Source: Moniliella sp. 'wahieum' (lineage: Eukaryota). Taken from it: a DNA stretch of 64,000 nt. The notes under the pieces are model-generated. The model had not been told where the DNA came from. It did no database searches and saw only the letters and a list, made by a program, of their open reading frames with translations. The stretch covers positions 248,001 to 312,000 of the forward strand of contig RSEE01000036.1 in NCBI GenBank assembly GCA_003971905.1, given 5' to 3'. Shown here piece after piece: positions 39,694 through 51,078 of the stretch (positions are counted from its first letter, which is position 1; every line of letters starts with the position of its first letter). The position numbers were made by a program, and so were the translations under genes.

Positions 39694-41115
39694 TTAGCGT
39701 CCGGAGCGTTCGAGATTGTATGCGCGGACAAAGGTTTCGACTCCATGAAAGAAGGGACGGAACTCTGCAAAATTGTCACCCTCAGTCATGAACGTCTCGT
39801 ACTGGTCCAATTTCGGATGCTTGGCGCAGAACATGCGTGCAGAGATAATACGAATCTGAGTTAGGTGTGTGGACAGGCGGATCGATCGCTGAGAAACAGG
39901 CCACCTGGAGGTAAAGCCATGCGTGGTGCCACCGGTTCCGCTCTTGTGGAGAGAGGGAGGTTCTTGGATACGGCCGTTGCCGAGAACGGGCAGAGAGTCG
40001 TTGCCTAGGCCGACGGGTCGCATACGAAAGGGATGAGGTTGAGGTTTGGATTGGAAGGCAGTAGAGAGGGTAGATCAGGAAAGTCGGGGATAGAGAGGGA
40101 TCGGCTGATCCCTCCATCAGCTCTTCCTCTTCCGCTTGTTCCGGCTCGGGAGCGAAATGGGATTCTGGACCAGGCGAGGGCTCGGCACTTCCTTCGTCAT
40201 ACGTTGCAAGCGGGGGCGAAGAGCTCTCTTGTTCCATTGTTTGTATAGGAGGCGGAGTAGGCTGCAAGGCGGACGTCCTTCACCGTCTTTTGTCGCCCCT
40301 GGTCCCATGGAACTAGAGGCAGGCAAAAAAGCACTGGGGTGCCACCTTTTGTGGAACAACTGCACCTCAAACACTCGTTCTTCGAATCGGATGCGCAACT
40401 GCAGTTGGCTAAGCAGTGTGAAAAACCATGTTTCCTGGGGGCCCCGCCGACTTGCGGCCTTTATTGTGCACCCATTCCCAGTCCTGACCACAGAGGCGCA
40501 AGGCCCAACTGTTTTCCAAACGCCAACTGCTGAATGACCTCCAGCGGTATCCCGTCAGTTGCTGTATCTCCGCCAGAAACTCTTTAACCGAACGGCACCG
40601 CGTAGAGGCCTCATCCCTGTCCTTAATCACCATCAGGGGTGGGAACTCCTCGATGCTCATACGGCCCATAAAGTCCAAAGATGTATTTTTGGTCCGAGAT
40701 ACGCGGATCGCTTCGACCAGGTTGGCCAGGTCGAGGTAGGCGGGTACGTGCGGCGATGGAGTTTGCAATTGCGAAAGACCTTGCCATTCTTGATAAAATC
40801 GGCTTTGGGAAGTTTGCGATGGCAGGCCCCGCATACGATCCAGTCTGGCGCCTCTGCGAGCGGCATCGAGTACGGACCACTGGTTCGAGGCTTCGAAGAG
40901 CTCGGGCGAGATGTATCCTCTGTGAGCTGAGACCCCAGAGGTTCATGATCAGAGAGAGGGTCGCTTATTTGGTTTATCTCGTCCTGCTCCTCGGTGTCCT
41001 CGGCATCGTCGGCATCATCGGCATCTGGATTAACATCCGGTGGCCAGGCGGCGCGTTGGTGGTGAGCCACCGCAAGATTGGCGTTAGGGGCGTGCAGCAA
41101 GTCCTCACTGGGCAT
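39694..41115 (-). CDS. Putative zinc DNA-binding protein resembling the N-terminus of fungal MULE transposases (WRKY/GCM1-like); no catalytic core seen
   Basis: CGAC...CKLH finger; KEFLAEIQQLTGYRW...LCGQD...MVF..LSQLQLRI...VQLFHKRWHP; acidic tracts; frameshifted. Confidence 0.5.
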
Positions 41116-41698
41116 GCAGGTCGACGTGAATTCAAGGCTCGGATCCAGCTGGGATGCAAAGTGGGTGGAGAAACACAGCAAAAGCTGGCGAGCCCCCTGT
41201 GGTTGGTGTCCACCCGCAGGCGATTGGGGCAAGCATGCTTGGAGCCCAGATGAGGTGGGGTTAATTTCGTCGATTGCAACCTTCACCGCCAATCGGCTGC
41301 TCTCGGCCGACCCGCCAAGCCAGCGCCGACCTCTGCGATCGCCCCTGCCTAGTACCTCTCAAACTTCAATTCCGCTCTTATTCCGCTGCCTGCCCATCAG
41401 CCTGAATGGCCACGCTTACGCTGCCCTCCTCACTCGAGAGCCCTGACCTCACTCAGACTGAGGCCCTCAGGGCCATCTACGCCTCAGGCCTTCGCTAGCC
41501 TTACGCTGCCGAGATGGTCGCACAACGCCTACACCTATCGCTCTAGAGCAACCCGCCCGCCTGGTTGGGGTACAGCTAAGTACGAGAGGGTGAAGAATGC
41601 GAACGTCATGGCAGTGGAAGTAGTCGTACAAATGGTAGCCAAGGAGCGCCCCTTGGGAGGCGGACAGGCCAGAGTGCATAAAAGAACAAGCAAGCTAG

Positions 41699-43513
41699 CT
41701 ACAACACAGCCTGGAGCGGTAGCTGGCGCGAGGGTCCCGACTGGTGAGCAAATGACAGGTGCTGGAGCTGGCCACCCAGCTGGACAATATCTTCGGTCGA
41801 AGCGACTGACCAGACCTCATACTCGGCCTGAGGTGGTTGCCCCAGTCCACGGCGAGTAAGGTGACGCGCGATCTGGTCACGATAGGCCAGTTCCTTGCTT
41901 AGCAAGTGGGCACAAGCCCGTCCTGGTCCCAAGCAGATGAACCGCTCCACCCCACTCGCCAGGAGGGACTCGATCGCCCCCATCCACCGCACCGGCTTGG
42001 CCAAGGCATTATGCAAGTCCTGCCGCATGAGGTCGCTTGTGGGCAGCCAATCGCCAGTGTAGGGGCTGACAACATTAAAGCCTTGAGGAGAGGCAAGCGG
42101 CAGGTTCGCCACCGCCGGCCGAGTAAAGTCGGCAGCGCCCTGCATCTTGCTCGTGAACCACGGCCCGGAAACAGGCAGGTTGACGGCTTTCGCTCCGTAC
42201 CCCTTGATGCGAAGTCGGTCCGCCACATAAAGTACCGCCTCCCTGGTGCCCCCCAAAACTAGTTGCATGGACGAATTGACGTTGGCCACTTCGGCGTACC
42301 CGCCCTTCGCAATCCCCTCCACCGAGCCAGCGGCCAAGTCAGTCGCCGCCATTTCCACCTCCATCAGGGCCGCATGCAGTCTTCCGGGTTGAAGCATCAC
42401 TGCGCACATCAACGGGCGGGCACCCCCTTCGCCCAGGAAACCCCAGGAATCATAGGCACTTAGGGGTGGTGATGTGTCTGGCGGAGAGAAGGTAGGGTGG
42501 GTTCGCAAGTGCATGGTCGAGGCCAAGCCGAAGTGGCGCATCAACCGTACCCCGTCCGTAAACTCCAGAGAGCCTGCAGTGACAAGTGAGGCCAGGTTAC
42601 CCAGCCCGTGTCCGGCCACCGCATCCACATGGTCCGCGACCAGATCAACAGCAAATTCCTTTTTAAGCACCTCAGGAAAGTGATGGTTGCCGTAAAAACG
42701 GCGGGCCAAGCATTTTCGGCACGAGTCAGGTTAAGTTGATCACCATGAAAAACCGTATCGCGGAGCCAACCATGCTGCCCTTTCCCCTCACGAGCGGGAT
42801 CGGCGTATGAGGTAGTGGCCAGTGCAGCCTCGAATGCGGCTCGTTGCTCTGGGGAGGCAAACTCCGGTAAGCCATTGGGACGCGATGAGGGATTAAACGG
42901 GCGTGATAGGGCCTCTTCTGCGTCAAGCCAAACTTTTTGCGCCGCTCCAAAGGTCTGGTAGAGCTTTTGTGCCATCCCAATGTACTGTGCCCCTTGCCCT
43001 GCAAAAATCAAGGCGGTCCTCTTCCTCTTGAGTTCGCTGGCGGTGGAACCCCCCAACCCAGCAGCCGAGACTACTCCCATGGGAGAGGAGAAGTATGTAT
43101 GTTGAGGCAAGGGACGCTTCGTCCGTGTCGATGGAGAGTACTGAAGGGGAGTCAGCATTTTGTTCAGTGGAAGAGCAAAGAGGGATACACACTTCATGGA
43201 CATAGTTGGCGCCTTGTTGCTTCTCGACTTGCTCCCGCATGGCACGCAGCCCAGGGGCATGATTCGCCTCCGTGCTGCCAAGAGGCTGGCGGATTCGGTT
43301 TCGTCGCCCATAGTTGGGTGTTGCGCCTTTTCCGGAACACCCAACAATTCCTCGACTGGGATGTGAATCGGAGGCTTGGTATCGCCCCGTTGCCACCCCT
43401 CTAGGGAGGGGGAGGTCGCTGGGGAGGCGGATGTCGGCAATTGTCGAAAAGGCACAGGTGTGCCGGGGAGTGGGTCGTGGCGCACAAACGCGCCGAGCAA
43501 GGCAAACAAGCAT
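41699..43513 (-). CDS. FabD/malonyl-CoA:ACP transacylase-fold protein, catalytic residues substituted, probably mitochondrial
   Basis: TALIFAGQGAQYIGM, GDQLNLTRAENAWPAV, VAGHGLGN, VANVNSSMQLVLGGT, LPVSGPWFTSKM, LAKPVRW, CLGPG; Arg-rich N-terminus MLVCLARRVCAPR. Confidence 0.85.
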
Positions 43514-44756
43514 GCTTACGTCGGGTTGGTTGGGAAACAGAACAGATGGAGGGGAGGGGGTGTTCCAGGGGCGGTGGTGGGAGCAGCAACGGTGGTGAGG
43601 GGGAGGCAAGGGAGCAAGGTGGATTGTTTTGTTAGGCTAGCGCTTATGCCTGCGTTGGCACTACTCACGTTCACCGATGAGATCGATGAGCCTGTTTGCG
43701 GGGGCGGCGGGGGCGCAGGGTTGGCGCAGGTGGTCACCGGTCACTGGTCATTGCCGTGGGAGAGTTGCCCAAAGGCTGCGGACGCGCGGGGCCTGCTGGC
43801 GCATGGCGATCGATGATGCCATGCGACCGATGATCTGGGCTGAGCACCGGGGCGCCCAGCCTCTAGCCTCTCATCGGTGATCGAGATCGCGGAGTCATGA
43901 CGGCAATGATGTTCTGTGAGGCAGTGCCTTGGTAATCGATGACATCTTCAGCGATCCACCAGTGACTGGCAACCAGTAGCTTTGCTGGTGACTGGGTGAT
44001 TAGTGTGACCAGACTTCGCTGGTGCGGGGTAGGCACCTTACCTGAGGCCTGAGATCCTGAGAGCCTGAGGCCTCTGGGGCCTGGCCAGCCTGATGGGATG
44101 AGTAATGCATGATGCATGATGCATGGACTCTTTTTCCGGCCCGGATATAACAGTACACTGGGCCTATGCGACGTTGCTCCGGATATAACCTGGCCCGGTC
44201 CGGACACTGATGGGCTAAGCGCTAATTAGAGACTGAGCACATACTGAGCGCCATCTAGTCTTCATCGTCACGCGTCATCATCAGGAATCACGCGTCAGGC
44301 GTTACGCGCTACGCGTTACCTGTTACCGATCATCATGCATCATCGATCATCGATCATTTCATCATTGATCATCCATCAAAATTGTCATCTCCGTGGGGAC
44401 ATGATATAGCTAGGTGCGAGGGGGCTGTCTCTCATTTCCACACGTTCAGAAAGCGCTCAGCGTCACACGTCAGCCGCCGACTGGGGCGGTGACGGTGACC
44501 TGTGGTGGCCAGCGGTGGCCCTCGCCGCCAATACCCGCCCAACCAATTGGAATGCAGAGGCGGAGCCGCTTTTCAGAATGATAGAAACGCCCACACGAAG
44601 AACGCAAAGCTACCTCGTTCCCCGTCACGCGCGTCACGCGTCAATATTATCCAGTCGGTACGCCCACAGTTACTAGTTACATGAGCGCATGAGCTCGGTC
44701 TTCCCACCACGCTTAATGATTAACCTCAGCTTCGGGCACTCATGCATATCACCATC

Positions 44757-46033
44757 TTAATCAAGTCCTGAGGTATGGTACGCAGTACCCTCCTCACTGC
44801 CATCTGGTTGCCATTGGGATAGGCCAGGTGCGGGCAGAAGAGGCGTTGCGGCTGCTTGCGCTCGCAAGCGTACCGCCAGGCGAAAGCCCGACCGGGCAGA
44901 GTCCAGCAGATCCTTGCATACGTCCTCCACATGTTCACGTCTCAGGATGCCGTGGACAACGCCATAGACCTCCGACTGCCGCGCCACCAGCTTCATCCCC
45001 CAATCGACCATTTTGTCCATCAGGCAGCATTGGTCTTGTAGTAATTACGAGTCTCGTAGTCAAGATTGAAGACCTCCCTTTCCACCATCGGTCGTCGGCG
45101 GCGTAGGCACGCCGTTTCACCCACCCTTTGGGCTCCTCGGAGCGCAACTGACGAAACTCGCTTACGCCGAGCCAGCGATACAGCGGTTCGCGCAGGTGCA
45201 ACTTTGTGTGATGGGGGAAGTGTTAGCATAGGACTCATACCATCAGGAAAAAGTGAAACTCACCAAGAGCCTTCTGTTGCGAAATCGCTTGTTCCTCTGG
45301 GGGATGTAGGTCATCAATCCATCGGCGTTGATGAGGCCAGGAGGGGATGGGCATGATTTCTTGCTGTCACACCCTTTTTACCTGGGCGAGGGTAGTACAG
45401 CACATATGGGTTTGCCATCATCTCTTGGACGTTTTTTAAAGTGTTCGAAGTGGACTTTGTTCGCTTTCCGTGTCTCCTCCTTTGGGAGAGTATGGGCGCC
45501 TGATGTTCGGTCTTGGCAAAGAAGGAAGCGCATATCCTGTTATGTCCAAGGATCATGGTAGTGGAGTGTGGATACACCATCGGGTCACACCCTTGTGTGC
45601 CATCAGGAGTAGGAACGAGCGGGAGGGCATCCAAATCAGACTTTCTGTCTGGAAAGACACTCCCCTGAGGGAATACGGGATGGAAGGGCACGTCCATTGA
45701 AGATGAGTCTGCTTGGAGCAAGCAGTTCGGCCATGCTGGTAAGGATGGGTCAACAGCATTCAAGTGCTGGTATGAGCCCTGCCCTGACTCTGGAACCCAA
45801 TTCGCCCCCTGATGGCTAATGCGCGGAACGCCATCTTCACCAATACAGCAACCGTTTGTGGGTGGAGCTCTTCCATATCGCTCACATTTAGTACGGTTCT
45901 TGCAAGTGGGGCTGGGGCGCGATAGATAGCTGAAAAAGTTGTTGGTGTTTCCAGAGCTCTTGGTTGTATGTACAAAGTACATTGGAAGATGATCCAATCA
46001 AATCGGGAACCGAGAGTGGAAGACCTTCTTGCA
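44757..46033 (-). CDS. Hypothetical protein
   Basis: Consecutive minus-strand ORFs 45314-45997, 44935-45201, 44757-45020 with protein-like composition and a probable intron near 45195-45285; no recognised domain. Confidence 0.4.
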
Positions 46034-46869
46034 TAGGCAGAATAGTGTGAATAAAACGGTGGGAGGCGTGGGAAAAGAGGGTCAAAACGGGGTCAGCCGA
46101 TGCTAAAAGATCGGTATGTGCTCTCGTCCGGGGAACAAAACGGCCCTCAAGGATGGGCGTGCGGGCGGTTGCACTGTTGGTTGTAAAATCAGTAGCGAAG
46201 GGACGCAACCATATTGTGAGGAAGCATGCGGTCAGCCGGGCGGGCCTTATAAGCGTTTTACCCTCAAGGCTGTTGCCGTCTTTACTGTATAAGGCGGGCG
46301 CAAGTGTCTGTCTGGGGAGCCTATACTCGTGCCCACTGCGCCACGATTCCAAACTCTGCGCGGCCATACGTACAATCGTACTACCCCCGTCCCCCCCCCC
46401 ACGGGCCTTTGGTCTAATAGTGAGATTCCCACAACTGAGGTGTGGATCAAAGAGAAGGTTAATAATGAAGTGTTAGAGGGAGGCGAGGCTGAAGACTTGC
46501 TGGAAGGCTGGAAGGATGTAAAAGCGAACGAGTGGCTGGGACAGTTTCCATCACACCCAGTGTGCGCAGTAGTACAATATTGCTGCGACCGCCCCCAAAG
46601 AGAGACCCTCTCGATCGCGAAAACTTATTGTCACAGAGGACACGCAGCCCCCACTGAGTACATCACACTATTGCTGCGCACTTCGCACGCCCTTATCTTG
46701 GTGCTCCCCCGACCACAACATTGTACCCTCTCTTATCCGCTTGGGCGCTGAAAACTCGTGGTTATAGATTGGGGTTTGGGCCATTCAGGACATGAATGGG
46801 AACTTGGGTGCTGTTTTAGAAAACAAGTGCATTGCTAATTTGACGTGTTTTGCTCCGCTGACCAAGACA

Positions 46870-46951
46870 TCTCCGATAGTTTAGTGGCTATGACACGTCC
46901 CTGTCAAAAACGTGTTCGGACGAGACCCGGGTTCGATTCCCGGTCGGAGAG
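46870..46951 (+). tRNA. tRNA-Asp(GTC) with a 10-nt intron
   Basis: Acceptor TCTCCGA/TCGGAGA plus G; anticodon stem CGTCC/GGACG, anticodon GTC 46903-46905; intron 46907-46916; T arm CCGGG-TTCGATT-CCCGG; T7 Pol III terminator follows. Confidence 0.95.
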
Positions 46952-47645
46952 ATTTTTTTCACCTTCATCCTGCCTAACTAGCTAAATTCTTCCTTGCTGT
47001 CAGCTCTGCCCTTTTAGGCAAAAAGTACAGTGGTCCTCTACCCCAGGGAGTTGGCGGGTGTTTTGTTGACCCGGGAACCCAGTAGGGCAATTGCCTCGTG
47101 AAGCGGCCTGCGTGAACTGTTTGACAAGACCATTGGAGGACTGGGTGGATAAGGGCCGCATTAGTACTCTCATCCTGCTTTTCGTACGCCGAGCCTCTGC
47201 TGCTCAACAGTCTCTGCACTTATTCCAGCCCAGATCCATCTTAAACACAACCCCACTTTGAGTGGTGCTTCGGAATCCTCTCACTGAAAAACGTTCTATT
47301 GTTGGTCTCCACATCTACTGCCTCGGTGGCCCACAGAGGGTTTATGAACTGCACATACAGTGCTAAAGGAGCAATTACCGTTCCCACAATCTGGAAAGCG
47401 ATGAAGGAGATCACCCCGCTCGCACTAATGGATTAGTGGAACAAGAGATCAAGAGGCCTTTTCTCGTCAGTTTGCTGATTTCCTGCCTACTTTTCCTTCA
47501 GCGCGTCATCCGGGTAATCCGTTTGTCTTCCGACCGGGGTACTACACTACAGGCATTTTCTCGGCTATGCACGTTTTATGCTAGATCAGCACATCAAAAT
47601 GGTACGCTGGTATAAGATTCAGAGAAACAAAGATAATAGGCCTGC

Positions 47646-48431
47646 TTAGTCCTTCTTCGCCTTCTTCTTCGGGCGCTCGTCCTCCTCGAGATCAATCTCA
47701 GCCTCAGGGTCTTCGTCTTCGTCCTCGTCCTCATCATCCTCATCCGAGTCTTCAAACTCCAGCGCACCAAGATCAACACCATCATGAGTGCCAGTGTAAA
47801 TACCGGTCGGGTGCTGCCACAGATCCGCCACAATGGCAGTAGCCACAGGACCAGCCACCTCCAGGTCGGTACCCTGGAAGAAATGGGAGAAGAAGCTGCC
47901 CGGTTCAAAGTCGTCCTCATCCTCCCCCTTGACATGCGGGTTCTTCTTGGCCAGGTTGTGTTCATCGTCCTTCCACGCAATCTCGGTAGCTTCCGTCACC
48001 GCCACGTCGGCCAGATCAAATTCAGGTTCGGGGGCCGGAGCATCCTCCTTGATGGTAAACGCCTTGACGAGCTCTTTGTTGGAGAAGTAGGGGTTCTCAC
48101 CGAAAGTGAAGGTGATCGTGACGGGCCGCGGGTCACCCTGCTCGAGGCTAGGGTATTCGACCTTGAGGTCCTCGAGGTAAGCCATCGCCTCTACATCCTC
48201 CGCGTCCAGGAAAGTGGCAAGCGAGGAGTTCATAACCGTCTGGGCCCAGAAGTGGGGGATCTTGCGAACAATCTCCCCGCGCTTGGCATCGAGGGGCGCG
48301 TGCGCCTTCATGGCCTTTGTCATCATGCTCAGGTCGACAGCGGCAGCCTCCTTCTGGAGCTGCTCCAGCTCAGCTTGCAGCTCAGCAGGCACTTCCTGCG
48401 GCTGGTTCTGTTCCAAATCAAAAGGCGCCAT
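47646..48431 (-). CDS. NAP-family histone chaperone (SET/Vps75-like)
   Basis: KRGEIVRKIPHFWAQT, YLEDLKVEY, TITFTFGENPYFSNKELVKAF, TEIAWK, SFFSHFF, acidic tail ending RPKKKAKKD; uninterrupted ORF. Confidence 0.92.
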   Translation of the reverse strand: MAPFDLEQNQPQEVPAELQAELEQLQKEAAAVDLSMMTKAMKAHAPLDAKRGEIVRKIPHFWAQTVMNSSLATFLDAEDVEAMAYLEDLKVEYPSLEQGDPRPVTITFTFGENPYFSNKELVKAFTIKEDAPAPEPEFDLADVAVTEATEIAWKDDEHNLAKKNPHVKGEDEDDFEPGSFFSHFFQGTDLEVAGPVATAIVADLWQHPTGIYTGTHDGVDLGALEFEDSDEDDEDEDEDEDPEAEIDLEEDERPKKKAKKD

Positions 48432-49711
48432 TATCTGATGACGGGGGGGGTCAGAAAAGCGGGCAACGAGAGAGAACGAGCAGGACATACACAAGCTTGT
48501 CGACTCGAGGCAAAAGCGGTAGGTGGAAGAGAGAAGAAACCGCGCGCAGCGCGCAGAAAAATTTGAAGAGCCGTGGACCGTGCGCGCGCACCGGAATTCG
48601 GAATACAATCAACCTCGTTATGTAATTCTTCCGCGGGATTCAATATTCAATTTTGAAGATTGACGCGATTGAACATTGTAAATGGATATTGGGATCTGGG
48701 ACAGCCAAAACGATGCTGTCTGGGCATTATGTCCAGCATTTCCAACCCACAAGACCATATCAACTGAGTAATACTGAGTACTGAGTCAGTACTGACTGAA
48801 TACTGATTCGCGAGACTGATCATTTCGATCATTGTACTCCCACCCCAACAGCATAGCAGGTTTGCCCAAGCTATGTCCCTTCTTGCTCACGACTGCCCCA
48901 AGAGTGACAGTCATACCACAGAGCGCATCCCCAAGTCCACAATTAAGCTCAAGTCTCTCGCTCATACGCCGCTCCTCATTCCCCTTCCCGCATATGCTCA
49001 TTGAAGAATTAAATCTGGACACAGGCGGTCAAGTTTTACATGCCATCCTGATGGCGGCCCTTCAAGCTTGCTGATCGAGTTGAACGTTGAACGTTGAACG
49101 TTGATCCTTTTCTTAATAGGGGACGCACGCGCGCGGCGTATCGGACGAAGTCGAGCGTGAGCTTGACTATAGGGGTGCATTGACTTGGGCAGCTGGATGG
49201 ATCGCGGCGGCAGGGGCTGGCAAACCCACCAACACGGACATCATTTCTCATTGGCTTGCCAGTGTACCCAGCGCTCAGCTGTCTGAGGGCCTATAACTAG
49301 TTTGTCACAACTGACTGTCAGACTTAGGAGTTGGTGACCGGTGACCGGTGACCGGCGGGGACTAGGTGACTGGCTCAAGCTTCAAGTGACTAGTGACTGT
49401 CACATGAGTGACTACGACTGCGACCTGTGTTCTGCCGCTTTAAGTGTACAGCCCTCCTGCCTTGGCTCCTCGAGCGGCCGCACTGGATCAGCCAGGATCG
49501 CTGCGCAGCCGGCGCAGCACGAGCCCAGTCTCGAAGTGCGAGTGGCGCAGCGCAGCACAGGGCAGTACTCCGCTTAACGGTAGACGTTCAAAAACACCGA
49601 GGGGTCCGTAACGCTGCCGGCCTATTGCTTCTCCCACCACCTTCTGTGCCCCGTCTCGTGCCCATCCTTGACAACCTTGACTGGCTTGACTCTTCAACTT
49701 CAACCTTGACT

Positions 49712-50713
49712 ATGCCAGCATTGCCTTATGCCCTCTATGAGCGTGGGTGGGAGTGGAACGACGGGAGCGGCAGCACGTCGACCAACCGTCTCGCTCTCAC
49801 CTCGGACCAAAAAGTGGTGGTGATCGTGGCCTGCTGTTACATTGCCGGTATTGCGCTCTTGAGCTGGCTGCCGGTGGTAAATTGGGTCTTCTACCCCTTC
49901 CGTCTCCTTGCCGTTGGTTTCCACGAATTCTCCCATGCCGCCGTTGGCTTGCTCACTTGCGCCAAGATCGAGAGCATCGAGCTCGACCCCTACGAGGGGG
50001 GCGTGACCCGTATGCGTGGTGGGATCCCAGCCCTGACTCTTCCAGCTGGGTATACAGGAAGTGCCTTCATTGGTGCCGCCCTCATTGCCTGCGGGTTTGA
50101 CGAGAAGGCTTCCAAGATTGCCTCGATTGTCGTGGGCGTCTTTTTCCTCATCACTCTCTGGTGGGCTCGACGTGATTGGTTTACATGGCTTCTAGTCATT
50201 GTGTGTATCTTTTCCTCTCTCTATATTACAAAGGATGCTAACTGGCAATTTTTCAACCCACTAACCCATCACCTGTTGCATGCTAGATCTGGATTGGCCG
50301 TACGTCCCGTCCCACATCAAAAGCTATGCATCCCCACTAACCCTTCGCACAGTCTTCCTAGCATTCTGGTTCATCAAGGATTCAGTAGCACTCCGCTTTT
50401 TCGTGCTCTTCATTGTGCGTGCCTCCTTGGCGTCTATCCTTCCCACCACTGACCCATTCGACGCCGACAGGGAGTCCACAACTGCCTTTACTGTATCTGG
50501 GACATCTGTGATGACCTCATCTTCCGCAAGGTAAACGAATCGGATGCATCGGCGTTCGCCAAGCTCTTTGGTGGCACACCACAATGCCACGGGTTTATCT
50601 GGCTTTTGATCGCTGTCGGGTTCTTTGCCTGCGGGGTGATTGTGGGCATCGTTGCGTTCAAACGCACTGCGGCCCAACAAGAAGCTGACCCGTTCCTCAA
50701 GGTGAACGATTAA
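49712..50713 (+). CDS. Peptidase M50B-like membrane metalloprotease
   Basis: YPFRLLAVGFHEFSHA (HExxH), DPYEGGVTRMRGG..TLPAGYTGS, ALRFFVLFI, YCIWDICDDLIFRKVNESDA; introns. Confidence 0.88.
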
Positions 50714-51078
50714 TTTTTTTTGACATTTCCTATTCCTGTTATACTTGATGGGCCACGCCCCCCCCCCCCCCCCCCAACTGCTGTGGTTGTGGCGGGCCCA
50801 TCCCATCACCGCCCTTACCCCCATCAACCCCGAACATTTGTTTGGCATGCCCCCTCTTCCCATGTATTCTTCCCCTGCATCTGCGTGTTACAACCACTGC
50901 GACCGATCTTCCTTGCGGAAACACTCCAGCCAGGACAGGCGAAAGCATCCCAAAATGGCCTCTTGTTGCTTGTGCGCGTGCGCTAGACTGCAGTTGGAGC
51001 CAGCGTAGCGGAATGGACTGTGGGACGCTGAGGCGGAATGAATGATAAGGCCTAAGGAGGGATCAAGAGTGCCGGACG

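Noticed and set aside
47784..48566. Long antisense ORFs (also 9908-10384, 54163-54879, 56559-57161)
   Set aside because: They shadow GC-rich real genes on the opposite strand and show no independent motifs
49079..49355. 7-bp tandem arrays as CRISPR-like or ordinary satellite
   Set aside because: Eukaryotic context, no repeat-spacer structure, only 3-4 units, and unit sequences differ between sites; treated under the TGA-palindrome finding
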